Source: Heterodontus francisci (taxonomy: Eukaryota). From it: a DNA stretch of 64,000 nucleotides. The notes under the pieces are model-generated. The model was not told where the DNA came from. It made no database searches and saw only the letters and a list, made by a program, of their open reading frames with translations. The translations under genes were made by a program, and so were the position numbers. Positions 26,505 through 38,729 of the stretch are shown here, in pieces; position 1 is the first letter of the stretch, and each line of letters starts with the position of its first letter. The stretch spans positions 14,012,001 through 14,076,000 of the forward strand of contig NC_090415.1 of the NCBI RefSeq assembly GCF_036365525.1. Direction: 5' to 3'.

Positions 26505-28450
26505 TGTGAAGACCAAGGCAAAATATTGGTATAAATTATTTGCCATTTCCCTGTTCCCCATTATCAGTTCTCCAGTTGCATCCTCTGAGGTCCCCTCACT
26601 CACTTTAGCTGATCTCGTTCTTTTTATATACCCGGAGAAGCTCTCACTGTTTGTTTATATATTTCTTGTAAATTTACTGTCAGAATCAATGTTCCCCCTC
26701 TTTATTAACTTTTTAGTCATCCGTTGCTGATTCCTAAAATATTCCCAATCCCCTGGCCCACCACTAGTTTTTGCCTCTTTGTATGCCTTAGTTTTTGATT
26801 GGATATTCTCCTTGGCAGCATTTATTAACCACAGATGGTTCATCCTTCTCTTTTTGACTGGGATAAATTTTTGCTCAGCATTATGAAATATCTGTTTAAA
26901 TGTCTCCCACGGCTCATCCACTGACCTTCCCCTTAGTCCATTTTCCCAGCCCGCTTTAGATAACTCTTTCTTCATACCACAGCAATTGCCCTTGTTTGAT
27001 TTGAGGACACTGGTTTGAGACCCGAGTTGCTCGCCCTCAAACTGAATTTGAAATTCTACCATGTTGTGATCACTACCCCATAGAGGATCCTTAACAACAA
27101 TATCTCTTGTTAATCCTATCACATTACACATTACTAGATCCGAAATAACCTGTTCCCGGGTATGTTCTGCAATGTATTGATCGAAGTAACAGTCCCTGAT
27201 GTACTCAACAAATTCACCTTCCATATTACCTCTGCCAATCTGATTTGTCCTGTCAATATGCAGATTAAAATCATTCGTGACTATTGTAGCACCCTTCTTG
27301 CACGGCTCCAATATTTCCCGATTTATACTTTGTCCTACAGTGAGACAGCTCTTCGGGGGCCTATGGATGACTCCCACCCGTGAATTCTTCCCTTTGCTAT
27401 TCCTTATTTCCACACAAACTGATTTCACATCATGATCTATTGCAACTATTTCACTACTCAACACTGCACTGATACCATCCTTTATTTACAAAGCTACCCC
27501 ACCTCCTTTTCCTTTTATGCCTATTTTTCCAGAGCATTGTATACCCTTGAATATTGAGTTTCCAGTCTTGGTCACCCTGCAACTGCGTTCCTGTAATAGC
27601 TATCAAGTCACATTCATTTATTTCTATTTGTGCCGCCAACTGATCTATCTTGTTACAAATGCTGTGTGCATTCAGATAAAGAGGCTTTGACTTTTTATCA
27701 TTATTATTCATTCTGGTTCTAATTTCTGTTGAACTCTCCTGCTTATATTAGCTGCACCTTCCTGTCATACTTTGATTACCATTTGCCTCTTCACTACTCT
27801 GTACCTCAGTTCTCTCATTCCTTTTTGATTTTTTAAACTTCCCTTCAATTGAACGCCACCCCCCACCCCACACTAATAAATTTAAAGTCCTATCTACAAC
27901 CCTAGTTATATGATTCGCCAGGACATTGGTCCCAGCATGGTCCAAATGAAGCCTGTCCCAGTGGAACAGCTCTCTCCTTTCCCAGTACTGGTGCCAGTGC
28001 CCCAGGAATTGGAACCCGTTTCTCCCACACCAATCTTTGAGCCATACGTTTACCTCTATAATCTGATTTACCCAACACCAATTTGCACATTGCTCTGGTA
28101 GCATTCTGGAGAGTATTACCTTTCTGGTTCTGCTTCTTAATTTAGCCCCGAGCTGCTCATAGGCCCTCAGCAGAAGCGGATTCCTTGTCCTACCGATGTG
28201 GACCAAGACAGCTGGATCCTTTCCCTCCCACTCCAAGTTACGTAGGCAACACAGCCTTTGGGACTCCCTGTTATTGATGCCAGAGAATGGAATCTATTCC
28301 CCTAAATCTGCAATCCCCTATTACTAATCTCCCCATTGAATAGCGCTCTGAACCACGGTGCTGTGGTCAGTTTGCTCATCCTCCCTGCAGCCTGTGCCCT
28401 CGTCCACACAGGGAGCAAGAAGCTCATACCTATTGGATAAGGGCTAATGA
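26505..28450 (-). mobile_element. CR1 LINE 5' half: ORF1 esterase (SGNH-like) and ORF2 APE endonuclease
   Basis: VLVHIG...WHQYW...WDRLHL, LYLNAHSICNK...DLIAIT, GVIHRPP...DFNLH...GSDHN. Confidence 0.88.
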
Positions 28451-28659
28451 TATGTATATGAATGTGGGCCACATTCTGGACTTTCAGTCTCTGGTCCTGT
28501 GTGTGAATGTAGGGTTTATTCTGAAGTTACTAATACTGTGTTTTTATACTGTGATTCATTCTCAATCTCTGAGACTCTGGTTCTATTTAAGTGTAGGATT
28601 CATTCTGCATCTATGTGTCTACGTGCTGTATGTGAGTGTGGGATCTTGCTGTATTCAGA

Positions 28660-30225
28660 AACATAGAATCTTGGAGCAGGAGTAGGTCATTTGACCCTGT
28701 GGGCCTGCTCCACCATTCAAATAGGGATCATGGCTGTTTGTCTAATTCAGTGCCCTGTTCCCACATTCTCCCCATATCAGTTGATCCCTTTGGCATTAAG
28801 AAATATATCTATTTCCTTCTTGAATATATCTAATAACTTGGCCTCCACTGCCTTTTGCGGTAGAGAATTCCACAGGTTCACCACCCTCTGAGTGAAGACA
28901 TTTCTCCTCAACTCAGTTCTAAATTGCATACCCCGTATCCTGAGACTGTGACCCCTGGCTCTGGACTCCCCAGCCATCGAGAACATCCTCCCTGCATCCA
29001 GCATGATTAGTCCTGTTAGAATTTTATAGGTTTCTATGAGATCCCCTCTCATTCTTCTGAACTCAAGTGAATATCGGCCTACTCGACCCAATCTCTCCTC
29101 ATATGTCAATCCTACCATCCCAGGAAACAAGGTGAGAACAACCTTCCTCAGACAAAGAGACCAAAACTGCACACAATACTCCAGATGAGTCTCACCAAGG
29201 CCCTGTATAACTGCAGTAAAACATCCTTGCACCTGTACTCAAATCCTCTTGCAATGAAGGCCAACATACCATTCACCTTCCAAACTGCTTGCTGCACCCG
29301 AATGCTTACTTTCACCCAGGTCTCGTTGCACCTCCCCCTTTCCCAATGTATCACCATTCAGATAATAATCTGCTTTTCTGATTTTAAAACCGAAGTGTAT
29401 AACCTCACTTTTATCCAATTTATATTTCATCTGCCACGCATTTGCCTACTCACCTACCTTGTCCAAATCACATTGGGGGCCTCTTTGCATCCTCCTCACA
29501 GCTCACAATCCCACCCAAACCCCACCCCCAGCTCTGTCATCTGCAAACCTGGAAATGTTACATTTATTTCCCTCACCCAAGTCATTCAGATATATTGTGA
29601 ATAGTTGGGGCCCAAACACAGATCCCTGCAGTACCCCACTGGTCCCTGCCTGCCACCCAGAAATAGACCCATTTATTCCTACTCTCTGTTTCCTTTCTGT
29701 CAACTAATTCCCAATCCCTGCCAGTAGTCTGCTGGTTACATCCTCAAAAAAATCCAGTGGATTTGTTAAGCATGACTTCCCTTTCGTAAAACCCATGCTG
29801 ACTTTGCCCAAACCCGTTTATGTTTTCTAGGTGTTCTGCTATCACATCGTTTATAATCGACTCTAGGTGTTCTGCTATCACATCCTTTAAAATCGACTCT
29901 AGGTGTTCTGCTATCACATCCTTTAAAATCGACTCTAGGTGTTCTGCTATCACATCCTTTAAAATCGACTCTAGGTGTTGTGCTATCACATCCTTTAAAA
30001 TCGACTCTAGGTGTTCTGCTATCACATCGTTTATAATCGACTCCAGGTGTTCTGCTCTCACATCCTTTATAATAGACTCCAGCAGTTTCCCCACTACCAA
30101 TGTCAGGCTCACTGGTCTGCAGTTCCCTGTGTTTTCTCCCCTCCTTGTTTTAAATAGTGGGGTTACATTTTCCACCCTCCAATCTGTATGAACTGCTCCA
30201 GAGTCTACAGAATTTTGGAATATTC
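28660..30225 (-). mobile_element. Decayed CR1 LINE, paralog of 19165-20705
   Basis: HLEYCVQFWS, GVLQGSVFGPQLF, RFADD. Same 5' junction as at 20.7 kb. Confidence 0.88.
29826..30082. repeat. 36-bp minisatellite, about 7 copies, inside CR1
   Basis: Unit CTAGGTGTTCTGCTATCACATCCTTTAAAATCGACT, which reads (ESILKDVIAEHL)n on the minus strand. Confidence 0.95.
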
Positions 30226-30384
30226 GGTACTTCATATGTATCTCAGGCATTATGATGGCAACTCTTCGTTTAACACCTTAATGTATCAATTTGTGTTTAT
30301 TTGTGTTTAATTTAAAATATGGATTAACAATATTTCAGTGCTGTAGGTTTTATTCAATTCTTGTTTGTGAGTTGCAGCTTGATC

Positions 30385-31731
30385 ACAGAAAAGTGATCAA
30401 TGTAATCTTTTCAATTTGTAGCTCTGCAAAAGCAATTGTGAATGACGATCTTTCAATTTTAGAACATGACCTGATATTTAATGTCAAATTGCATCTGTTT
30501 GTAGAAAATGAACTAATCCTGTATGTTGTTGTCTGACCCGTAGTGACATGTTTGAACTGGTGTGTAATTTGTAGATCAGTTTCTATTGTGGGGTACGTTA
30601 TTCTGTTATTCTGTAGCTTTCGATCAGGTACATTTTGTCTGTTCTGTTTAAGATTTGGTATTTGAATTGTAGCCAAGGTGACACAGTGTATTGAAATCAG
30701 ATAATGTGTGTGTTTTTGGACTGTAATTGATATCCAACCAGTCAGTTGGAGTGAAATAGAAACGACTACTATCTCTAATGCTCTGTTTGACTATTGAATT
30801 GATAATATGTCTCTTGGAATCAGTGTGGGTCTGACTACTTATTTTGTTTGTTACACTGAAAATGATGACCTGACCGTGTCACTGTGCTTTGTGAATGATA
30901 CTGTACCTACTGTGTATTGGAACGAGCTGGATGCAAGTTTCCTTCTGTCGAGGAGTCATGCCTTTCATTCTGGTTCCTTCAAGTGTTTGCCTGCAGGAAA
31001 AGAAAGGTAACTCTTATACTTGAATAACAGCTGAGTGAGAAGACAGAAAAGTGATCAATGTAATCTTTTCAATTTGTAGCTCTGCAAAAGCAATTGTGAA
31101 TGACGATCTTTCAATTTTAGAACATGACCTGATATTTAATGTCAAATTGCATCTGTTTGTAGAAAATGAACTAATCCTGTATGTTGTTGTCTGACCCGTA
31201 GTGACATGTTTGAACTGGTGTGTAATTTGTAGATCAGTTTCTATTGTGGGGTACGTTATTCTGTTATTCTGTAGCTTTCGATCAGGTACATTTTGTCTGT
31301 TCTGTTTAAGATTTGGTATTTGAATTGTAGCCAAGGTGACACAGTGTATTGAAATCAGATAATGTGTGTGTTTTTGGACTGTAATTGATATCCAACCAGT
31401 CAGTTGGAGTGAAATAGAAACGACTACTATCTCTAATGCTCTGTTTGACTATTGAATTGATAATATGTCTCTTGGAATCAGTGTGGGTCTGACTACTTAT
31501 TTTGTTTGTTACACTGAAAATGATGACCTGACCGTGTCACTGTGCTTTGTGAATGATACTGTACCTACTGTGTATTGGAACGAGCTGGATGCAAGTTTCC
31601 TTCTGTCGAGGAGTCATGCCTTTCATTCTGGTTCCTTCAAGTGTTTGCCTGCAGGAAAAGAAAGGTAACTCTTATACTTGAATAACAGCTGAGTGAGAAG
31701 ACAGAAAAGTGATCAATGTAATCTTTTCAAT
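30385..31731. repeat. Near-perfect 658-bp tandem duplication
   Basis: Identical ORFs at 30807 and 31465. ACAGAAAAGTGATCAATG at 30385, 31043 and 31701. Confidence 0.95.
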
Positions 31732-32116
31732 AATAATCATTCTGAACAATCACAAAAGGAAAGTTAACAACACAAGTAGTGTCAGTGTCTGAGTCCACTG
31801 CAGTACTGCAGAACTCTGCTTCTACTTGCCAGGTATTTGGAGCGGTTTTATAACAATTTTGTGACATTCAGAAACAACCCAAGCCCCGCACTGCTCCATG
31901 AATTGGAATACCCGATCGAGTAGCAACATTTGCGTAAGCCAGATTTCTATTTCCATGTCCCATTGTTCAACGGACAAGTAAGCACTGTTTAAAAAAGTGT
32001 CTTTAATCTTCTCACCTGGTCCCTTCAAATCTGCCGCATCTTTATTGTTCAGACATTTTTTTCTGCTGTTCAATATCCAATAACAATAAATAGTGAGATA
32101 CTGGATCTGAACCAGG

Positions 32117-32277
32117 AACATTCATTACTGAAGAAGGGTCACTGACCTGAAACGTTAACTCTGCTTCTCTCTCCAAAGATGCAAATAGACCTGCTGAGTA
32201 TTTACAACATTTCTTGTTTTTATTTCAGATTTCCAGCATCCGCAGTATTTTGCTTTTTATTATAACATTCATTACTG
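32117..32277 (+). mobile_element. Short Penelope 3'-end insertion with hammerhead core and 14-bp TSD
   Basis: CTGAAGA-AGGGTCACTGACCT-GAAACGTT. AACATTCATTACTG is duplicated at 32117-32130 and 32264-32277. The empty site is visible at about 22.28 kb. Confidence 0.85.
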
Positions 32278-32629
32278 TTTGGAGAGAGAAATCAGCAATG
32301 ATTTTCAATAGTGAGTTCATCATATTCTGTCTCTCTCTCCCTGTCCAGACACTGCCTGAGAAAGACCTCTCCCTTCCCCCCCAGCTCACTCCATGTTCCA
32401 GGACCAGTTCCTGCTCCACAATGAACATTACAAACTGTCCCCCACTCCCGCTGAATGTACCCGGTAATCAATGCTAATCTATCAGCACATCAGCAGACAC
32501 GGGCCCAAGTCTGTTGTACTGCTGTGAGCAGATACTGTTTGTTCACTTACCCCAGGCTTGTAATGTCTCCATTTGCAGCTGATTTAAACAATCACAGTGA
32601 ATGGTGCTCAGAGGCAGTGCTGGGGGATG

Positions 32630-32695
32630 GGGTGCGCATGCGCTCTTCTCCGCGTTATGACGTCATATTCGACAGGCCTCTTTCACGCATGAGCA
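32630..32695. promoter_or_regulatory. Putative promoter: NRF1 and CRE sites
   Basis: GCGCATGCGC at 32634-32643, TGACGTCA at 32658-32665, degenerate NRF1 at about 32685. Confidence 0.5.
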
Positions 32696-32699
32696 GATC

Positions 32700-33790
32700 T
32701 CTGCAGCGAGAGCGGGAACAAGCGAGAGGAGCCGGGAGATAAAAGGAGCCGAAGCCAGAGACCAGAAGCAGCAGCGAGAGCCGCTCGGTTCTGTTCTGTG
32801 GACCTGCTTGACCAGCAAAAGGTGAAGTGTGATGTCACAGGAGAGCTGCTCAGTGATTGGTGGGTATTTCTTTCTTCCATTTGAGCAGTGGGAGTGGTGA
32901 GAGTGCGAGCCAGGGGGCAGCCGGGAAGGTAAGTTTCACTGGAAAGTACTTACCTCGTGATTGGGCGGACACGGACACGGGGACTGCTGGGTAAGTGAAC
33001 TTATATATTCAGGCAGTGGCTAAACCTGAAACACTACACGTGTAGTGTCTCCCACCCATCCTCCTCCTCTAACCAAAAAAAAAGGTCTCTTGTGTGGATG
33101 GTTCGGTGAGGTAAGTTTTTTCCTTTATTTTTTTAAATCTCTTTTGTCAATTTAGAGTGGAGGGGATGGAAGCTCGGGCAGTTGCATGCTCCTCTTACAG
33201 GATGTGGGAGGTAAGGGTCACCACTTGTTTAATATAGGCAGGCATCAAGATCGGCGCAGGCTTGGAGGGTCGAATGGCCTGTTCCTGTGCTGTACTGTTC
33301 TTTGTTCTTTGAGGCAGTTCAGAGGAGGTTCACTCGACTGATTCCAGATATGAAAGGTTTGTTTTATGAAGAGAGATTGAGCAGTTTAGGCCTTTGCTCT
33401 CTAGAGTTTAGAAGAATGAGGGGAGATCTAATTGAGGGATATATAAGATGATTAAGGGGATTGACAAAGTAGACAGAGAAGATGTTTCCTCATGTGAGGC
33501 AATCTAGAACGAGAGGCCATAGTTTCAGAATAAGGGGGAGCTGATTAAAAACAGAGATGAGGAGAAATTACTTCTCTCAAAGGGTCGTGAGACTGTGGAA
33601 TTCACTACCCCACATTGTGCTGGATGACGGGACGTTGAGTAAAGTTAAGGAGGAGATGGTCAGATTTTCAATTAATAATGGGTTGAAGGGTTATGGAGAA
33701 CGGGAAGGAAAGTGGAGTTGAGGACGAAATGAGATCAGCCATGGTTGTATTGAATGGCGGGGCAGGTTTGAGGGGCTGAATTCTTCCTCC
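32700..33790 (+). mobile_element. CR1 5' UTR and ORF1 start joined to CR1 3' fragments
   Basis: ATGGAAGCTCGG... reads MEARAVACSSYRMWEV, like the CR1 ORF1 N-terminus. It is followed by RRFTRLIP...RMRGDLIE-type sequence and a 3' UTR. Confidence 0.65.
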
Positions 33791-35539
33791 ATTTCTCACC
33801 ATCTCTTGCTCTCTCACTCTCTCCCTCTCACCTATTTTCTCTCAGTCTCTCCATCTCTCTATCACTCTCTCTCCATCTCTGTCCAATTGAGGAAATTCTT
33901 CCTCCATTTCTCACCATCTCTTGCTCTCTCCCTCTCACCTGTTTTCTCTCAGTCTCTCCATCTCTCTATGATTCTTTCAAGCTCAGTTCTTCCTCTCTCT
34001 CTTTTCTATTTCCGTCTCTATTACTTGCTCTCCAACTGTCTTGCTCTGTCTGTCCATGTTGGGTCCCTTTAAGAGTTTGGGACAGTTCTGGTGGTGCAGG
34101 GTCCCTTTAAGAGTCTGGTGCTGACCCCCTCCCCCACCCCAGGGCGGTGGGGTGACAAGTCGCCCAAACCGCGGCTGCGCGGAGGCTGGAGGCAGCTTTT
34201 GACCCCTTGACCTCCAGACACGTGGGCGAGGCAGCCAATGAGACCTCATTGACGCCCCGGCAGGAGGTGTCATCAGCCGCCATGTTTGCATGACGTCACC
34301 CGCCGGCCACTTATTTCCGCAAACAGCAGCTGAAAGGAAAAGGAGAAGCGGCTTCAGCTGTCGATCTCAATGGAGGAAAGTTGAACGTCTGAGCCGGGGG
34401 ACAATATAAAAAAGCAGCGGTTAACGCTCTTGTGGAGATGCGCATGTGCGGAGCATCCTCCCAGAGTGCAGCGCGGCTTGTACTGCAGAAAGGGGCCGTT
34501 CCCAGTCGCGCGGCATTGTGGGAGCCACAGGACGCCATTGCCCCCTCATTAACTCAGTAAAAATTAACTCATTCCCTCTCAGCTCTCTATCCCTCCTTTT
34601 CATATTGCAGGCTGAAATGGGCTTTGTTGGCATCCATTACACCATCCCGGGTGTGATCAGATACTCTGTCCCTTCGTAAACGATTTCCCGTCCCTCCAAC
34701 AGCTTGTGCTTGTTATTGGCTTTTCTCCTCCTGAAATGGTTGCTGAATTTGTTGGTCTTTTTCTCCTGCCTTCATAGCTAACCCTCTCTCCCTCTGTCTC
34801 TCTCCTAGTGTCAGAGGTAGCAGGAGGGAGAGAGAGAGAGGAAGACGGAGAAAGACACAGAGAACAACCCCAGCTTCTCCAATCTATCCACGTAACGGAA
34901 GTCCCTCATCCCTGGAACCTTGCTCGTGAATCTTTTATGCATCCTCTCGAAAGCCCCCACATCCTTCCTAAAGTATGGTGTCCAGAATTGATCACAATAC
35001 TAGATGAGGATGAAGCCTGTGTTTTATAAAGCTTCATCATAACCTCCTTGCTTTTATACTCTCAGCCTCTATTTACAAAGCCTGGATCCCATATGCCTTT
35101 TAACCACTTTCTCAACTAGCCCTACCACCTTCAATTTGTGCACAGACATCCCCAGGTCTCTCTGTTCCTGCACCCACTTCCTTCTCTTCGTAGCTTCCCA
35201 TGACAGAGAGGAACAGAAGGACAGGGTGGTCTAGAAATAAGGAGGGGAAGAGAGAGCAAACAAACAGGAAGCACATATAGGAACACCACCACCTTCAAGT
35301 TTCCGTTCCAGTCTCACACCATCCTGACTTGGAATTATATCACCATTCCTTCACTGTCACTAGGACAAAATCCTGGATCTCACTTCCGAACAGCACTGTG
35401 GGTGTATCTACCCCACGACTGCAGCGGTTCAAGAAGGTTCAACGGCAATTCGTGATGGGCAATAAAATGCTGGCATAGCCAGTAATGAACACATCCAACA
35501 AATGAATAAAAAATAATAACAATTTGGCACCAAGTGACT

Positions 35540-37530
35540 AAAGGGGAGACCAATGGAGGGACAGAGAGAGAGACAGAGAGATGGAGTGACAGGGAGGGAA
35601 GGACAGATGGAGGGATAGAGAGAGAGAGGGATAGAGAGAGTGACAGAGAGAGAGGCAGAGACAGAGATAGAAGGAGAAAGATGGAGAGACAGAGAGGGAA
35701 AGACAGAGAGAGTGGCAGAGACAGAGATAGAAGGAGAGCGAGGGAGTGTCAGGAAGGGAAAGACAGATGGAGGGACAGAGAGAGGAGAGAGATGGAGTGA
35801 CAGGGAGGGAAGGACAGATGGAGGGATAGAGAGAGAGAGAGACAGAGAAAGAAGGAGAGAAAGGGAGAAACATACAGGGAAAGACAGATGGAGGGACAGA
35901 GAGAGAGAGAGGCAGAGATGGAAGGAGAGAAAGGGAGAAACATACAGGGAAAGACAGATGGAGGGACAGAGAGAGATACAGAGATAGAAGGAGAGAGAGG
36001 GAGTGTCAGGGAGGGAAAGACAGATGGAGGGACAGAGAGAGAATGAGAGAAAGGGAGTGACACGGAGGGAAAGACAGATGGAAAGAGGGAGAGAGATAGA
36101 AGGAGAGAGAGGGAGAGACAGAGAGGGAAAGACTGATAGAGAGGCAGAGAGAGAGAGGCAGAGATGGAAGGAGAGAGAGGGAAAGACAGATGGATAGACA
36201 GAGAGAGAGGCAGAGATGGAAGGAGAGAGAGTGAATGTCAGGGAGGGAAAGACAGATGGAGAGACAGAGAGAGAGAGGCAGAGATGGAAGGAGAGAGAGA
36301 GTGACAGGGAGAGAAAGACAGATTGAGAGACAGAGAGAGAGAGGCAGAGATGGAAGGAGAGAGAGAGAGAGGCAGAGATGGAAGGAAAGAGAGGGAGAGG
36401 CAAAGAGGGAAAGACAGATCGAGGGACAGAGAGAGAGACAGAGATAAAAGGAGAGAGATGGAGTGACAGGGAGGGAAGGACAGATGGAGGGATAGAGAGA
36501 GAGACAGAGATAGAAGGAGAGGGAGGGAGTGACAGAGAGGGAAAGACAGATGGAGGGACAGAGAGAGAGACAGAGAGAGTGGCAGAGACAGAGAGAGGAG
36601 GAGAGAGATGGAGTGACAGGGAGGGAAGAACAGATGGAGGGACAGAGACAAAGACAATGACAGAAGGAGAAAGACCAATGGAGGGACAGAGAGAGAGGCA
36701 GAGACAGAGAGAGAAGGAGAAAAACGGAGAGACAGAGAGGGAAAGACAGATGGAGAGACAGAGAGAGAGACAGAGAGAGTGGCAGAGACAGAGAGAGGAG
36801 GAGAGAGATGGAGTGACAGGGAGGGAAGGACAGATGGAGGGATAGAGAGAGAGAGAGACAGAGAGAGAGAGATAGAAGGAGAGAGAGGGAGAAACAGACA
36901 GGGAAAGACAGATGGAGGGACAGAGAGAGAGAGAGGGGCAGAGGTGGAAGGAGAGAGAGGGAGAGACAGAGAGGGAAAGACAAAAGGAGGGACAAAGTGA
37001 GAGACAGAGAGAGAAGGAGAGAGATGGAGTGACAGGGAGGGAAGGACTGATGGATGGACAGAGAGAGAGAGAGAGAGAGAGGCAGAGAGTGAGAGAAAAG
37101 GAGAGAGTGGGAGAGACAGCGAGGGAAAGGAAGTTGGAGAGACAGAGATCGAGACAGAGAGAGAAGGAGAGAGAGGGGGTGTCAAGGAGGACAAGACAGT
37201 TGGAGAGACAGAGAGAAAGAGAGATAGAAGGAGAGTGAGGGAGAGACAGGGAGGAAAGGACAGACGGAGGGATAGAGAGAGAGAGACAGAGATAGAAGGA
37301 GAGAGAGGGAGTGTCAGGAAGGGAAAGACGGATGGAGGGACAGGGTGAGAGACAGAGAGAGAAGGAGAAAGATGGAGTGACGGGGAGGGAAGGATAGATG
37401 GAGGGACAGAGAGAGAGTGACAGAGAGAAGAAGAGAGAGTGTCAGAGGGAAAGACAGAGAGAGAAGGAGAGATTGGGAGAAACAGAGAGGGAAAGACAGA
37501 TGGAGGGACAGAGAGAGAGACAGAGATCTC
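35540..37530. repeat. ~2-kb GA-rich polypurine compound micro/minisatellite
   Basis: Reiterated GGGAAAGACAGATGGAGGGACAGAGAGAG and GATGGAGTGACAGGGAGGGAAG blocks. Confidence 0.97.
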
Positions 37531-38729
37531 TCCCGATGTTTCTGTCTCCATACCTATCTCTTAAATGTTTGTGCACACAGCAGGAAAGGATTACATCAAA
37601 TTAATTTCTCTTACATTCTCCGTTTCAATCGACCCCGCAATCTCTCTCTCTCCAACCTTGTCCCTCTCCACAACACTCTCTCTGTCTGCATATCTAACCC
37701 TCTCTCCCTCTGTCTCTCTCCTCGTGTCAGAGATAGCAGGAGGGAGAGACAGAGAGAGGAAGACAGAGAGAGAATGTTGAAGGAACTATACTCTATTCCT
37801 AAGCTGTGCTGAACCTGCTCTGGGAGTGTTTGATGGGCTACATTAATCAGCCGTGTACAGTCCTGTATCAGGCTGTGAAGAAGCACAGCTTGTTCAGTGT
37901 ACAACGGGTCAAAGGGATCGATTCACTCCTGTCTGCTACTGGGAAGAGAGACTGACCTGAACATCAAGGCAGCGTTTGACCGAATGTGACATCGAGGAGC
38001 CAGAGTAAAACTGAAGTCAGTGGGAATCCGCTGGTTGGACTCATACCGAGCACAAAGAAAGATGGTTGTGGTTGTTGGAGGTCAATCATCTCAGTCCCAG
38101 GACATCACTGCAGGAGTTCCTCAGGGTAGTGTCCGAGGCTCAACCATCTTCAGCTGAGATCCCAGGAGAAAATACTGAGCAGGTCAAGCAGCATCTGCGG
38201 AGAACAAAACAGAGTTAGTGATTCAGCTCGATGCTTTCCAGATTTCCAGCATCCACAGTATTTTGCCTCAGATAATAAAGCAATCCATAGCCACATGCAC
38301 CAAGAGCCGGACAACATTCAGGCTTGGGCCGACCAGTGGGAAGTAACATTCACGTCACACAAGTGCCAGACAATGACCATCTGCAACAAGAGAGAATCCA
38401 ACCACCTCCCCTTGGCATTCAAAGCATTATCCCATCGCTGAATCCCCCAGCATCAACATCCTGGGGAAACATTGACATCAAACTTAACTGAACAAAACAC
38501 ATCAACAATTTCTTCACCCAGTGGCTGGTGGGTGTCTGGAACTCACTGCCTGAAAGGAATAGTATAAAATGGGTGGTTGATGGCCAGCACAGACTGGGCG
38601 GGCCGAAGGGCCTGTATAAGTGCTGTATCTCTCTCTGACTCTAAAGGATGGAAGAGGCAGAAACCCTCATCACATTTAAAACAATCTCTTGGATATTCAC
38701 TTCTCTATATTTAAAATGGGTAAAGAATA

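Noticed and set aside
29826-30082. CRISPR-like 36-bp repeats
   Set aside because: Head-to-tail units with no spacers, derived from CR1 sequence in a vertebrate genome.
35429-37551. Long Ser/Leu/Pro-rich and Arg/Glu-rich ORFs of up to 437 aa
   Set aside because: Translations of the GA/CT repeat, which lacks stop codons.
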